The notes beneath the pieces were generated by a model that made no database searches, had not been told where the DNA came from, and saw only the letters and a list, made by a program, of their open reading frames with translations. A stretch of 64,000 nucleotides of DNA from Clostridia bacterium (GTDB lineage: Bacteria; Bacillota; Clostridia; Oscillospirales; UBA644): the NCBI GenBank assembly GCA_017934975.1, contig JAGBIM010000027.1:171572-235571 (forward strand), in the 5' to 3' direction. Position numbers and translations under genes: made by a program. Positions 19,212-28,805 of the stretch are shown here, one piece after another. Each line of letters starts with the position of its first letter. Position 1 is the stretch's first letter.

Positions 19212-20516
19212 TTACGATTGCTTCCGTTCGTTTGCTTCCTTCAGCTTGTTATGGCGGCGATTCTTGACCTCTTCGGACATGGGGTGAATTTCCCCTGCGG
19301 CCTGCAGGGCCATGCGGGTGAAGACCGGCCCGAACAGTTCGTAGATCAGAACGGCAAAGAGGGTGATGTTGCGGATGATGGCTCCGCTTTCGCCCAGGGC
19401 TTGCGCCGCAATGGTGCACATTCCCAAGGCAACGCCTGCTTGGGGAAGCAGGGTGATCCCCAGATATTTACAGATGGCAGGGCTGCATTTCGTCGCCTTT
19501 GCGCTGCCCAACGCTCCAAAGTATTTTCCGGCAGAGCGGGCAATGATGTAAACCAAGCCGATGAGAATGACGCTTCCGTTTTGCAGAATCCCCAGATCCA
19601 GTTCCGCGCCGCTGATCACGAAGAACAACGCGAAAAGGGGAGAGGTCCATTTGTCGGACCGTTCCATCAGATCGTGGGACAGAGGACAGATGTTGCAGAA
19701 GATCGTTCCCAGCATCATGCAGACCAACAGAGAGGAGAACTGTACGTGAACCGCGCCGAGATGGAAATCGATCATGGAAAGGGACACGGTGATGAAAACG
19801 AAGGCAATGGTCAGATTCAGACGGTTGGTGTTGGAGTTGAACAGCTTTTCCAGATGGGTGAGAATCCAACCCATGATGGATCCGAGAATCAGGGACGCCA
19901 GAATTTCCACGAAGGGGTTGACCAGAATGGAGATCAAATCCACGCTTCCTTCCGCAACGGCACGGGCAACGCCGAAGGAAACGGCGAAGATCACGAGCCC
20001 TACCGCGTCGTCCAGGGCAACGATGGGCAAAAGGAGCTTGGTCAAGGGACCCTTAGCTTTATACTGACGGACCACCATCAGCGTGGCCGCAGGGGCCGTA
20101 GCCGTGGCAATGGCACCCAGAACCAGTACGGTGGGCAGGTCCAGCACGTCGGGCATCAGCAAATGGAGACCGAAGAGGGCAAGGTCCACGAAAAGGGTGG
20201 CCGCCAGGGCCTGGAAAATACCGATAACCAGGGCCTGTTTTCCCGTCTTTTTCAGTTCCGAAAGGCGGAATTCGCTCCCGATGGAGAAGGCAATGAATCC
20301 CAGCGCGATTTCGGAAACCATTTTCAGGCTTTCCACCGCTTCCAGGGAGGTGAATCCGATTCCGTCCTGATTCAGCTGTCCCAGACAGAAGGGCCCGATC
20401 AGGACCCCCGCAATCAGATACGCGGTAACCGAGGGTAATTTCAAGGGCTTGAACGCCCGCGTCATCAAAAGCCCCGCCAACAGGGCAATGGAGACGGAAA
20501 GTAACGTGATTTCCAT
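19212..20516 (-). CDS. Cation:proton antiporter (CPA family, Na+/H+ or K+/H+ exchanger)
   Basis: MEITLLSVSIALLAGLL... 11-13 TM Na_H_Exchanger fold pattern. Confidence 0.85.
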   Translation of the reverse strand: MEITLLSVSIALLAGLLMTRAFKPLKLPSVTAYLIAGVLIGPFCLGQLNQDGIGFTSLEAVESLKMVSEIALGFIAFSIGSEFRLSELKKTGKQALVIGIFQALAATLFVDLALFGLHLLMPDVLDLPTVLVLGAIATATAPAATLMVVRQYKAKGPLTKLLLPIVALDDAVGLVIFAVSFGVARAVAEGSVDLISILVNPFVEILASLILGSIMGWILTHLEKLFNSNTNRLNLTIAFVFITVSLSMIDFHLGAVHVQFSSLLVCMMLGTIFCNICPLSHDLMERSDKWTSPLFALFFVISGAELDLGILQNGSVILIGLVYIIARSAGKYFGALGSAKATKCSPAICKYLGITLLPQAGVALGMCTIAAQALGESGAIIRNITLFAVLIYELFGPVFTRMALQAAGEIHPMSEEVKNRRHNKLKEANERKQS

Positions 20517-20660
20517 AAGATGATCTTCTTTCTGTTATAATGTCGTGTTGAAGCTCAAGGTTCGTTCTTGATATGCCGCAGCATATATCATCCGTCGCAG
20601 ACGGATCTCGTATCGAAGATATATCATCCGTTCCGAACGGAACGGATATCATTGAAACAA

Positions 20661-20680
20661 CCTCTTCTTGCGAAGAGGTT
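20661..20680 (-). terminator. Hairpin terminator immediately 3' of tRNA-Arg
   Basis: AACCTCTTC-TTGCG-AAGAGGTT perfect stem adjacent to the tRNA 3' end, with a T-rich flank. Confidence 0.6.
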
Positions 20681-20687
20681 GTTTCGT

Positions 20688-20764
20688 TGGCGTACCCGAA
20701 AGGATTCGAACCTTCGACCTTCAGAGTCGGAGTCTGACACTCTATCCAGCTGAGCTACGGGTAC
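20688..20764 (-). tRNA. tRNA-Arg (anticodon CCG)
   Basis: 77-nt cloverleaf: acceptor GTACCCG/CGGGTAC, D-arm GCTCAGCTGGATAGAGT, anticodon loop CUCCGAC, T-arm GGTTCGAATCC, encoded CCA. Confidence 0.9.
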
Positions 20765-20794
20765 AGATCATTCAGTTGAGAAATTCCACAGAAG

Positions 20795-20823
20795 AGTATA
20801 GCACATTTTGCGGCCGATTGCAA
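20795..20823 (-). promoter_or_regulatory. Promoter for tRNA-Arg (TTGCAA, 17 bp, TGTGCTATACT)
   Basis: Extended -10 and -35 on the minus strand about 25 nt upstream of the tRNA 5' end. Confidence 0.55.
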
Positions 20824-21164
20824 GTGTTTTTCTTCGAATGTGCGTTTTTATTCACAAATCAAGGGCTATTTCGGAGGGGAAAACCCTTCCGTTTTCTTCC
20901 GGGGAAAAAAATCTTCGTTTTCCCCGTGGTTCTGCGGATTTTTCACCTTAAAACATACAAAAAAATTTGTCGATTTGACACGGATTTGTCATACATAAAT
21001 GATACACTTTTCTTGCTTACTTATAAATATAGTTGGAAGAGCCATACTTCGGTGATCCCCCGGTGGAAAGTCAACTCTTGGAAACGCAGCCAAAAGAAAT
21101 GAATCTCGGTTCAAGACTGCGGCGAAGAAAGGATTGAAAGAAGCGCAATAATCTTTTTTTTGGA

Positions 21165-22691
21165 GTGGTGAGCATGAACAAAGAAAATGTCATCATTGAA
21201 CTCGTGGGAGTTTCTAAAGTCTACAACGAAACCGTCGCTGTAGACGATTTTAATTTCTACGTGAAAAAAGGCGAATTCGTTTCGTTTCTCGGTCCTTCGG
21301 GATGCGGGAAAACCACGACCCTGCGTATGATTGCCGGGTTTGAGCGTCCCACCGAAGGGAAAATCTTGCTGAACGGAAAGGATATTTCCGAACTTCCCCC
21401 CTACGAACGCCCCGTCAATACGGTGTTCCAGAAGTACGCCCTCTTCCCCCATCTGGACGTGTACGACAACGTGGCCTTCGGTCTGAAGCTGAAAAAGGTT
21501 CCTTATGAAGAGACCGACCGCAACGGAAACAAAGTGACCAAGTACCGCAAGCTGACCAAGAAGGAAATCGACAAAAAGGTCACCGAAGCCCTGAAGATCG
21601 TGGATCTGGAGGAGTTTGAGTGGCGGGATATTACCACCCTCTCCGGCGGCCAGCAGCAGCGTATTGCCATTGCCCGCGCCATCGTTAATGAGCCTCAGAT
21701 TCTGCTTCTCGACGAGCCTTTGGGTGCTCTGGACCTGAAGATGCGGAAGGAAATGCAGCTGGAGCTGAAGGAAATGCACCGCAAACTGGGCATCACCTTC
21801 ATTTACGTGACCCACGATCAGGAAGAAGCGTTGACCATGTCCGACACCATCGTGGTTATGAAGGACGGTCAGATCCAACAGATCGGCACCCCCGAGGATA
21901 TCTACAACGAGCCGAAAAACGCCTTCGTTGCGGACTTTATCGGCGAGAGCAACCTCTACGAAGGGGTTTATATGGGCAACCGCAAGGTGCGTTTCCTCAA
22001 CCATATTTTTGATTGCGTGGACGATTTTTCCGCCAACGAGAAGGTCAACGTGGTGGTCCGTCCCGAGGACGTGAAGTTTGCCGAGGCGGGCAAGGGCATG
22101 ATCGACGGGGTTCTGACCTCCAAGGTCTTCAAGGGAATTCATTACGAATACGTGATGATGGTGGGGCGCAACGAGGTCACCATCCAGTCCACCAAAAACG
22201 TGGAGATTAACGTCCCCGTTTCGGTGAACATTGCCCCCGACCTGATCCATATCATGAAAAAGGATATGCTTTCCAACGTCTACGACGACGCCTACATCGA
22301 CAACGATAATCGGGTGGTTATTGCGGGCGGTGCTTTCGACTGCGACGTGACCCAGCTGATTCCCGGCTCCGTGCTGGACGAAGAGGGCTACGTGATCGCC
22401 CCCGACGGAAAGAAATACGATTTTAAGGATGCCGACGTTTTTGCCGACGTGGCCTTCTCCGATATTGAAATCGTGGACAACGAGGACGGCGGTGTGGTCT
22501 GCGGCCGCATCGTTTCCATGATCTATCTGGGCAACCATTATCAGGTTCTGATCCGCACCGAGGACGACGAGGACTTCGTCGTGGCTACGGAATATACCTG
22601 GAACGAGGACGACCGCGTTTCGGTTCTCATTCCCGCGGACAAGATTCGCCTCAAGCTGCGTGGGGAGGCGTCGAAATATGTCAAGAATTAA
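21165..22691 (+). CDS. potA: Spermidine/putrescine ABC transporter ATP-binding protein, extended form
   Basis: Walker [29 protein letters not shown]. 508 aa with an insertion after the Q-loop region and a duplicated C-terminal TOBE-like region. Confidence 0.85.
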   Translation: MVSMNKENVIIELVGVSKVYNETVAVDDFNFYVKKGEFVSFLGPSGCGKTTTLRMIAGFERPTEGKILLNGKDISELPPYERPVNTVFQKYALFPHLDVYDNVAFGLKLKKVPYEETDRNGNKVTKYRKLTKKEIDKKVTEALKIVDLEEFEWRDITTLSGGQQQRIAIARAIVNEPQILLLDEPLGALDLKMRKEMQLELKEMHRKLGITFIYVTHDQEEALTMSDTIVVMKDGQIQQIGTPEDIYNEPKNAFVADFIGESNLYEGVYMGNRKVRFLNHIFDCVDDFSANEKVNVVVRPEDVKFAEAGKGMIDGVLTSKVFKGIHYEYVMMVGRNEVTIQSTKNVEINVPVSVNIAPDLIHIMKKDMLSNVYDDAYIDNDNRVVIAGGAFDCDVTQLIPGSVLDEEGYVIAPDGKKYDFKDADVFADVAFSDIEIVDNEDGGVVCGRIVSMIYLGNHYQVLIRTEDDEDFVVATEYTWNEDDRVSVLIPADKIRLKLRGEASKYVKN

Positions 22692-23475
22692 GTTTACCCG
22701 CAAGTGGCTTGCCTTTCCTTACGCGGTGTTTATGATTCTGTTCGTGATCATCCCCCTCGTTCTGATCCTCACCTACGCCTTCACCGACGCGGAGGGGAAT
22801 TTCACCTTCAACAATCTGCTCACCTTCTTCGGAAACGGCTCCAGCATCAATACCATTCTCGTTTCCTTCATCATCGGCGTGGCCAATACGGCAATTTGCC
22901 TATTGATCGGCTATCCCGTGGCCTATTTTCTCGCTCATCGGGATCTGAAAATGCCTGCGGTGATGATGCTTCTGTTCATCATGCCCATGTGGATCAACTT
23001 CGTGCTCCGCACCGCCGCATCCCGGGACCTTCTGTTCTGGATCGGCATTAACGGAGGCGAATATCCCTATCTGGCAACCATGATCGGGATGGTCTATAAC
23101 TACCTTCCCTTCGTCATTCTGCCCCTTTACACCACCATGACCAAGCTGGACTACAGTCAGATCGAAGCGGCCTCCGATCTGGGCGCCCGTCCCCGTCAGA
23201 CCTTCACGAAGGTGATTCTGCCCATGACGGCCCCCGGCATCGTTTCCGCCGCCACCATGGTCTTTATGCCCACCATGTCCTCCTTCGTCATCAGCGACGT
23301 AATGGGCGAACGGAAGCTGTCCCTCATCGGCAACAGCATCCAGTTGTATTTTGATCAAGGCCTTTGGCATATGGGCAGTATCGTGGCCGTCGTTATGCTC
23401 CTGCTCATCGCCGTGGGTATGTTCGCTACGAAGAACGTACAGAAAGAAGACGACGTCAGAGGTACGATGCTATGA
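22678..23475 (+). CDS. potB: Spermidine/putrescine ABC transporter permease
   Basis: Six-TM BPD_transp_1 permease with the EAA-like motif ([14 protein letters not shown]). GGGGAGG RBS before ATG 22678. Confidence 0.85.
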   Translation: MSRIKFTRKWLAFPYAVFMILFVIIPLVLILTYAFTDAEGNFTFNNLLTFFGNGSSINTILVSFIIGVANTAICLLIGYPVAYFLAHRDLKMPAVMMLLFIMPMWINFVLRTAASRDLLFWIGINGGEYPYLATMIGMVYNYLPFVILPLYTTMTKLDYSQIEAASDLGARPRQTFTKVILPMTAPGIVSAATMVFMPTMSSFVISDVMGERKLSLIGNSIQLYFDQGLWHMGSIVAVVMLLLIAVGMFATKNVQKEDDVRGTML

Positions 23476-24263
23476 AGAAACCGACCCGTATCTTTGCCCG
23501 CGTTTTCGTTTGGGCTATGCTGATTTTGATGTACGCCCCCATTCTGGTTCTGATGGTCTTTTCCTTCACCGAGGCAGATACCATCGGCGTTTGGAGCGGT
23601 TTTTCGGTGAATCTCTATCCCCAACTCTTTCAGGATGAAGAACTGATGACCGTGGTTCTGAATACCGTCCTCGTGGCCCTTGCTTCCGCCGCCGTTTCCA
23701 CGGTTTTGGGAACCATGGGCGCCATCGGGATTCACTACAGCCGCCGTAAGATGAAGGCGGCCCTGGAGGGCGTTTCCCAGATTCCCGTTATGAATGCGGA
23801 AATCGTCACCGCTCTGTCCCTGACGGTTTTGTTCGTTTATTTCGGAATCCAGTTCAATTTCCTCACTCTGCTCATCGGTCACGTGGTGCTGACCCTGCCC
23901 TTCGTGGTGCTCAGCATCAATCCTAAGCTGCAGCAGATGGACCCCAACATTTACGAGGCGGCGCTCGATCTGGGTGCCCGTCCCTCCCACGCTCTGCGGC
24001 GGATCATTCTGCCTCAGATCATGCCGGGGATCTTCAGCGGATTCCTGCTCTCCGTCACCTTGTCTCTGGACGATTATATTATCACCGCCTTCACCCGCGA
24101 CACCTCCTTTTCCACCCTGTCCACCTACGTTTACGGTGCCACTGCAAAAGGAGCCTTGCCCCCCACTCTGCGGGCACTGACCACGGTGATCTTCGTCTTT
24201 GCTTTGATTATTTTGGTTGTGATTAATGTTCGTTCGTACCGTAAGAAGGAGGCCGCACGATGA
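23472..24263 (+). CDS. potC: Spermidine/putrescine ABC transporter permease
   Basis: BPD_transp_1 permease (EAALDLGARPSHALRRI). ATGA start/stop overlap with potB. Confidence 0.85.
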   Translation: MKKPTRIFARVFVWAMLILMYAPILVLMVFSFTEADTIGVWSGFSVNLYPQLFQDEELMTVVLNTVLVALASAAVSTVLGTMGAIGIHYSRRKMKAALEGVSQIPVMNAEIVTALSLTVLFVYFGIQFNFLTLLIGHVVLTLPFVVLSINPKLQQMDPNIYEAALDLGARPSHALRRIILPQIMPGIFSGFLLSVTLSLDDYIITAFTRDTSFSTLSTYVYGATAKGALPPTLRALTTVIFVFALIILVVINVRSYRKKEAAR

Positions 24264-25699
24264 AAAAACGTCTTTTGGCTCTGCTTCTTTTAAGCGTCCT
24301 CGTCTTAGGTTGTTTTTCCGCCTGCGGAACCGAGGAGGAACGGGTCCTGCGGGTCTATAACTGGCAGGATTATATCGACGAAGGGGACGACGAAACGGCC
24401 TCGGTCCTCGAAGATTGGGCGGCGGATTACTACGCCCGCACGGGGATCAAGGTTCGGGTTCAGTACGATACCTTCGAAACCAACGAAACCATGCTCAATA
24501 CCCTGAAAACGGGAAAATCTCAGTACGATCTGGTCTGTCCCTCGGACTACGTGATCCAAAAAATGATCTCCGCCACCGAGAACGGCACCGACGAGAATCT
24601 GGCGCTGGAAAAATTCGATTATTCCAAGCTGGAAAATTATAACAACTACGTTTCTCCCTACATCAAGCAGGTCTTCGAAGAAAACGGCTTTGACGGATAC
24701 GCCGTAGGCTATATGTGGGGTACCGTTGGGATTATCTACAATCCCGAATACGTGGACGAAGAAGACACCAAGTCCTGGGAGATCATGTGGAATCCCAAGT
24801 ACAAAAACCGTATCACCCTCAAGGACTCCGTGCGGGACGCCTATATCCCCGCCATGTCCAAGGTTTATCGGGAAAAAGTTCTTGCTTTGGATGGGTTGAA
24901 CCTCTCCGAGGAAGAATACCGCAAGCAGCTGGGCGATCTGATGAACAGCACCGCCTCCGAGGATATTGCTGCCGCAGGGGACGCTCTGAAATCCATGAAG
25001 GACAACATCTACGGTCTGGAAGTGGACAGCGGCAAAACCGACATCGTGGCCGGGAAGATTTACATCAACCAGGCCTGGAGCGGCGACGCGGCTTACGCCA
25101 TTTACGAGGCGGAGGAGACCGCAGGGGTTCAGCTGAACTTCTCCGTCCCCGAAGACGGAGGCTCCGTGTGGTTTGACGGTTGGGTTATGCCTAAGGGGGC
25201 CGATACGGAATTGGCTCACGATTTCGTCAACTATCTCTGCGCGCCCGAAATTGCCGTGCGGAATATGGATTATATCGGCTATACCAGCATCGTTGCGGGG
25301 GATGAGATCTTCGACTACGTTCTCGATTGCTACGCCGACGAGGAAGGGGAATATACCGTTGATCTGACCTACTATTTCGACGGGACCCTCTCCGAGGATT
25401 ATTATTCCGAGGACGGAAAAATCCTCGTTCAAACGGGAGAAATCGGACGGATGTTCTCCGCCCAGTATCCCGAGGAATCCGTGGCAAAACGGGGCTTTAT
25501 CATGCGGGACTTCGGCGCAAAGAACGAAGAGGTTCTGACTATGTGGGCGGGCTTTAAGTCCAACAACATCGCCCCCGAAATCCTCGTGGCCATCTTCGCC
25601 GTCATCATTCTCGGCGCCGCCGCCGTCCTTCTGTGGTTCACCAAACCCAAGCGGGATTCCGCCCGCCGCCGCAAAGAATGGCTCGCCAAGCAGAAGTGA
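24260..25699 (+). CDS. potD: Polyamine-binding lipoprotein of the PotD/PotF family with an extra C-terminal TM helix
   Basis: Lipobox VLGC, PotD-like SBP_bac_8 body. 479 aa with a C-terminal hydrophobic helix plus basic tail. Confidence 0.75.
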   Translation: MKKRLLALLLLSVLVLGCFSACGTEEERVLRVYNWQDYIDEGDDETASVLEDWAADYYARTGIKVRVQYDTFETNETMLNTLKTGKSQYDLVCPSDYVIQKMISATENGTDENLALEKFDYSKLENYNNYVSPYIKQVFEENGFDGYAVGYMWGTVGIIYNPEYVDEEDTKSWEIMWNPKYKNRITLKDSVRDAYIPAMSKVYREKVLALDGLNLSEEEYRKQLGDLMNSTASEDIAAAGDALKSMKDNIYGLEVDSGKTDIVAGKIYINQAWSGDAAYAIYEAEETAGVQLNFSVPEDGGSVWFDGWVMPKGADTELAHDFVNYLCAPEIAVRNMDYIGYTSIVAGDEIFDYVLDCYADEEGEYTVDLTYYFDGTLSEDYYSEDGKILVQTGEIGRMFSAQYPEESVAKRGFIMRDFGAKNEEVLTMWAGFKSNNIAPEILVAIFAVIILGAAAVLLWFTKPKRDSARRRKEWLAKQK

Positions 25700-25795
25700 G
25701 GTAAGGTGAGGGGTGTTCTTTTCTTTCTGTTCGGGAACAGAAAGAAAAGAACCAAAAGAAAGAAAAGCGATGCCCGATGCAATGCTTGCATCGGG

Positions 25796-25850
25796 GAAAT
25801 AAAAAAAGTAAGGTGCATATCACAAGCGTGGTATGCACCTTTTCTTATTC
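25796..25850. terminator. Bidirectional terminator between the pot operon and the XRE gene
   Basis: A-tract, then AAGGTGCATA-N12-TATGCACCTT stem, then TTTCTTATT. Confidence 0.7.
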
Positions 25851-26105
25851 ACAGTCAACTGCATCAAAATCAAGCAAGTCTGTCAGCGGTTTCTCCAAAG
25901 CCTTTGACAGATAAATCAGTTCAATATCCGTAATGAAGCGCTGTCCCGATTCCATACGCTGGACGGCGTTTTTGTCCACGTCCAACCCGATGACCTGCAA
26001 TCGGTCCGCTAATTTGCGTTGGGAAAGATTCAGCTCGGTTCGGAATTTCGCAATCTTTTCGCCGCAAACGTTGTTTTTTCCGTTTTTCGTCTTGTTAATA
26101 AACAT
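25845..26105 (-). CDS. XRE-family helix-turn-helix transcriptional regulator (86 aa)
   Basis: HTH_3 pattern (IAKFRTELNLSQRKLADRLQV...VQRMESGQR). Confidence 0.8.
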   Translation of the reverse strand: MFINKTKNGKNNVCGEKIAKFRTELNLSQRKLADRLQVIGLDVDKNAVQRMESGQRFITDIELIYLSKALEKPLTDLLDFDAVDCE

Positions 26106-26132
26106 TTTTGTTTCCTTTTTGACATTCAGTGC

Positions 26133-26161
26133 TTGACATTTTCTTTATTATATGGTATAAT
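26133..26161 (+). promoter_or_regulatory. Consensus sigma-A promoter (TTGACA, 17 bp, TATAAT) for the TM2/DUF2752 genes
   Basis: Perfect hexamers. An upstream half-site copy TGACATTCAGTG sits at 26120-26131. Confidence 0.75.
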
Positions 26162-26172
26162 GAGTGCAAATA

Positions 26173-26191
26173 TGACATTCACTGAATGTCA
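26173..26191. promoter_or_regulatory. Perfect 19-bp palindromic operator TGACATTCA-C-TGAATGTCA
   Basis: Perfect dyad overlapping the predicted transcription start, in the divergent XRE/TM2 intergenic region. Confidence 0.7.
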
Positions 26192-26212
26192 GAATTAAAA
26201 GGAGAAATGAAA

Positions 26213-26548
26213 ATGGAACGACAAAATGTGGACATGTACATGCTGACGAATGCGAAATATTTTCCTTCAGACAAAGTTATGTACATTAAGGAAAAGCTGA
26301 AAAACATGGACGATGAAAAATATGGATTGTTGCTTTCTGTCGAGATGAAAAATCCTACTACGCTGCTGATCCTGTCTTTGTTGGTTGGAAGCTTTGGGGT
26401 TGATCGATTTATGCTCGGTGATACCGGAATGGGTGTTTTGAAGCTGTTAACCGGAGGCCTTTGCGGAATTCTTACGATCATTGATTGGTGTACGATCATG
26501 AATAAGACAAAAGAAGAAAACTTTAAAAAGTTAATGTCTCTTCTTTGA
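26213..26548 (+). CDS. TM2 domain-containing small membrane protein
   Basis: KNPTTLLILSLLVGSFGVDRFMLGDTGMGVLKLLTGGLCGILTIIDW matches the TM2 domain two-helix pattern. GGAG RBS 8 nt before ATG 26213. Confidence 0.7.
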   Translation: MERQNVDMYMLTNAKYFPSDKVMYIKEKLKNMDDEKYGLLLSVEMKNPTTLLILSLLVGSFGVDRFMLGDTGMGVLKLLTGGLCGILTIIDWCTIMNKTKEENFKKLMSLL

Positions 26549-26551
26549 TTT

Positions 26552-26881
26552 ATGGATCGAATTTCCGTATTAAAAAAGCATTTATTTGTTCTTCTAATCT
26601 TAGGGTTGCTTTTGTTTTTGTATGATGTTGGTATAGGATGCCCTTTTCTGTATTCTACGGGGATTCCGTGCCCTGCTTGTGGCTCTACCCGTGCAATACT
26701 TGCGCTGTTCCGGCTGAATTTTGGGGCGTACTTTTCATATCAGCCTATGGCTCTTCCTCTGCTGGTTGCAACTGTGTTGGCATTTCATGTGACGAAATTC
26801 AAAAACAAAAGCGTTGTGATTTCTTTTATAGTTCTCGTTTCTGTTGTAAATACCATTCTGTATTTGATGCGGTTGCTTTGA
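26552..26881 (+). CDS. DUF2752-like small membrane protein (CPxCG motif)
   Basis: GCPFLYSTGIPCPACGSTRA motif characteristic of DUF2752. Three TM helices. Confidence 0.65.
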   Translation: MDRISVLKKHLFVLLILGLLLFLYDVGIGCPFLYSTGIPCPACGSTRAILALFRLNFGAYFSYQPMALPLLVATVLAFHVTKFKNKSVVISFIVLVSVVNTILYLMRLL

Positions 26882-26915
26882 AAAAGAAAACACATGTTAT
26901 TTCTGGCAAACAAAG

Positions 26916-26951
26916 GGGAGACCGTTTTGCGGTCTCCCAAAATATTTTTTT
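26916..26951 (+). terminator. Intrinsic terminator after the TM2/DUF2752 pair
   Basis: GGGAGACCG-TTTTG-CGGTCTCCC then AAAATATTTTTTT. A second hairpin lies at 26955-26975. Confidence 0.6.
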
Positions 26952-26991
26952 CCCCCGACGGATGCAATCCGTCGGATTCGCTTTTCTTTGC

Positions 26992-27663
26992 TTACTTTCT
27001 TTTCTCGGGAAAAGAAAGTAAGACCGTTTCTACCTCTTCCGGGGAATCGGCCAGATACTCCGGCCGGGCGGCGGTCAGTTCTTCCCGGCTTCCGTAGCCG
27101 TAGGTCACGGCTATGGCGTCCATACCGAAGGCGTGCGCCCCTTCCACGTCAAATTTGCGGTCTCCTACCATGATCGCCTTTTGCAGGTCGGTCACGTTGG
27201 CTTCTGCGAAAACGTACCGCAGAACGTCCTCTTTTTTCGTCCTCGTCTCGTCCATAGCGGCACCGCCCACGAAGTCGAAATAATCCAAAAGACCAAAATG
27301 CTTCAGAATGGTTTTGACGAATTCTTCGGGCTTGGAAGATGCCACCAACAGAGTTTTTCCTTGATTTTTCAAGGCCTGCAACAGTTCGGGAACGTAAGGA
27401 TAAACCTCGTTCTCAAACATCCCCTTCACGCGGAAATATTCCCGATAAACCTCCACCGCCTCCACGGCTTGTTCCTTGGAAAATTCGTAAAATTCCATAA
27501 ACGAGTCGATCAGCGGCGGCCCGATGAAGGGGAGAAGGGCCTCCCGATTCTCCACGGAAATGCCGTATTGGTTCAGGGCGTACTCCACGGATTTGGTGAT
27601 CCCCTCCGCAGGGTCGGTCAAGGTCCCGTCCAGGTCAAACAAAATCACGTCGTATTGCTTCAT
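26992..27663 (-). CDS. HAD-superfamily hydrolase (PGP/PpaX-like phosphatase)
   Basis: FDLDGTLTD motif I, VASSK motif II, GDRKFD motif IV. Translationally coupled (ATGA) to prfA. Confidence 0.85.
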   Translation of the reverse strand: MKQYDVILFDLDGTLTDPAEGITKSVEYALNQYGISVENREALLPFIGPPLIDSFMEFYEFSKEQAVEAVEVYREYFRVKGMFENEVYPYVPELLQALKNQGKTLLVASSKPEEFVKTILKHFGLLDYFDFVGGAAMDETRTKKEDVLRYVFAEANVTDLQKAIMVGDRKFDVEGAHAFGMDAIAVTYGYGSREELTAARPEYLADSPEEVETVLLSFPEKRK

Positions 27664-28733
27664 TGGTTCTCTCCGTCCGCCCGTAATTTTTCCGCTTGCT
27701 CCGCGGTGATCAGGGCGTCGATCAGCTCGTTCAGATCCCCGTCCATGATGGACTGGATTTTATATAACGTCAGCCCGATGCGATGATCGGTTACCCGCCC
27801 CTGCGGGAAATTGTAGGTGCGGATCCGTTCGCTTCGATCTCCCGACCCCACCTGCGCCCGACGGGTGGAGGTGATCTCCGATTCCTGTTCCTGCCGTTTT
27901 TGCTCCAAAATGCGGGAACGCAGAATCTTCATGGCCTTGTCTTTGTTTTTGTATTGGCTTCGCTCGTCCTGACAGTCCACCTCAATCCCCGTGGGAAGAT
28001 GGACGATGCGGATGGCAGACTCGGTTTTGTTTACGTGCTGTCCTCCCGCGCCCCCCGACCGATGGGTTTCGATGAGAAGATCCTTCGGGTCGATCTGCAC
28101 GTCCACCTCTTCTGCCTCGGGCAAGACCGCCACCGTGGCCGCAGAGGTCTGAATCCGCCCCTGGGACTCGGTTTCGGGCACCCGTTGCACCCGATGCACG
28201 CCGCTTTCGAACTTCATCCGCCCGAAGGCACCGCTCCCCTCAAAGGAAAGGGTCGCTTCCTTGATGCCCCCAAGCTGGGTCTCGTTCACCGAAAGAAGTT
28301 CGGTCTTGTAGCCGTTTTTGTCCGCGTACATGGTGTACATCCGCAACAGAGACCCCGCAAAAAGGGCCGCTTCTTCACCGCCCGTCCCCGCACGCAGCTC
28401 CAGAATCACGTTTTTCTCGTCGTCGGGATCCTTGGGAATTAAGAGAATCTTTAATTTATCTTCGCAAATCTTCCGTTCTTCTTTTGCGGTCAGCCATTCT
28501 TCCTTTGCCAGCGCCCGCAATTCCGCATCGTCGGCGGAAAGCAATTCTTCCGCCTCTTCTTCCTGCTTTTTCCAAGCCTTCCAGCGGCGGAATTCCTCCA
28601 CCAGTTCCTCCGTCTGCTTTTGCTTTTTGGTCAGATCCTTCAGACGGTTCGGGTCGGCAAGCACCTGCGGATCGCAAAGAAGCTCTTCGTTGCGCAGATA
28701 GTTTTGCTCGATTTCGTGCAGCTTTTCAAACAT
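27660..28733 (-). CDS. prfA: Peptide chain release factor 1
   Basis: [14 protein letters not shown] motif. [23 protein letters not shown] anticodon-mimic region with PxT (RF1-type, not SPF). Confidence 0.9.
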   Translation of the reverse strand: MFEKLHEIEQNYLRNEELLCDPQVLADPNRLKDLTKKQKQTEELVEEFRRWKAWKKQEEEAEELLSADDAELRALAKEEWLTAKEERKICEDKLKILLIPKDPDDEKNVILELRAGTGGEEAALFAGSLLRMYTMYADKNGYKTELLSVNETQLGGIKEATLSFEGSGAFGRMKFESGVHRVQRVPETESQGRIQTSAATVAVLPEAEEVDVQIDPKDLLIETHRSGGAGGQHVNKTESAIRIVHLPTGIEVDCQDERSQYKNKDKAMKILRSRILEQKRQEQESEITSTRRAQVGSGDRSERIRTYNFPQGRVTDHRIGLTLYKIQSIMDGDLNELIDALITAEQAEKLRADGENQ

Positions 28734-28765
28734 AAAGTCCCTCGTATATTTGAATTTCTTTTTCT

Positions 28766-28794
28766 ATTATAGCACATTTTTTCCTGATATGCAA
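28766..28794 (-). promoter_or_regulatory. Promoter for prfA (TTGCAT, 17 bp, TGTGCTATAAT)
   Basis: Extended -10 and -35 on the minus strand about 30 nt upstream of the prfA ATG. Confidence 0.6.
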
Positions 28795-28805
28795 GAGGGT
28801 ATCTC

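Noticed and set aside
25715-25795. The 18-bp perfect hairpin and second hairpin after potD as CRISPR-like or transposon ends
   Set aside because: Single copies only, with no terminal inverted-repeat partner or transposase. More simply read as stacked terminator or mRNA-stability structures at the border of the AT-rich islet.
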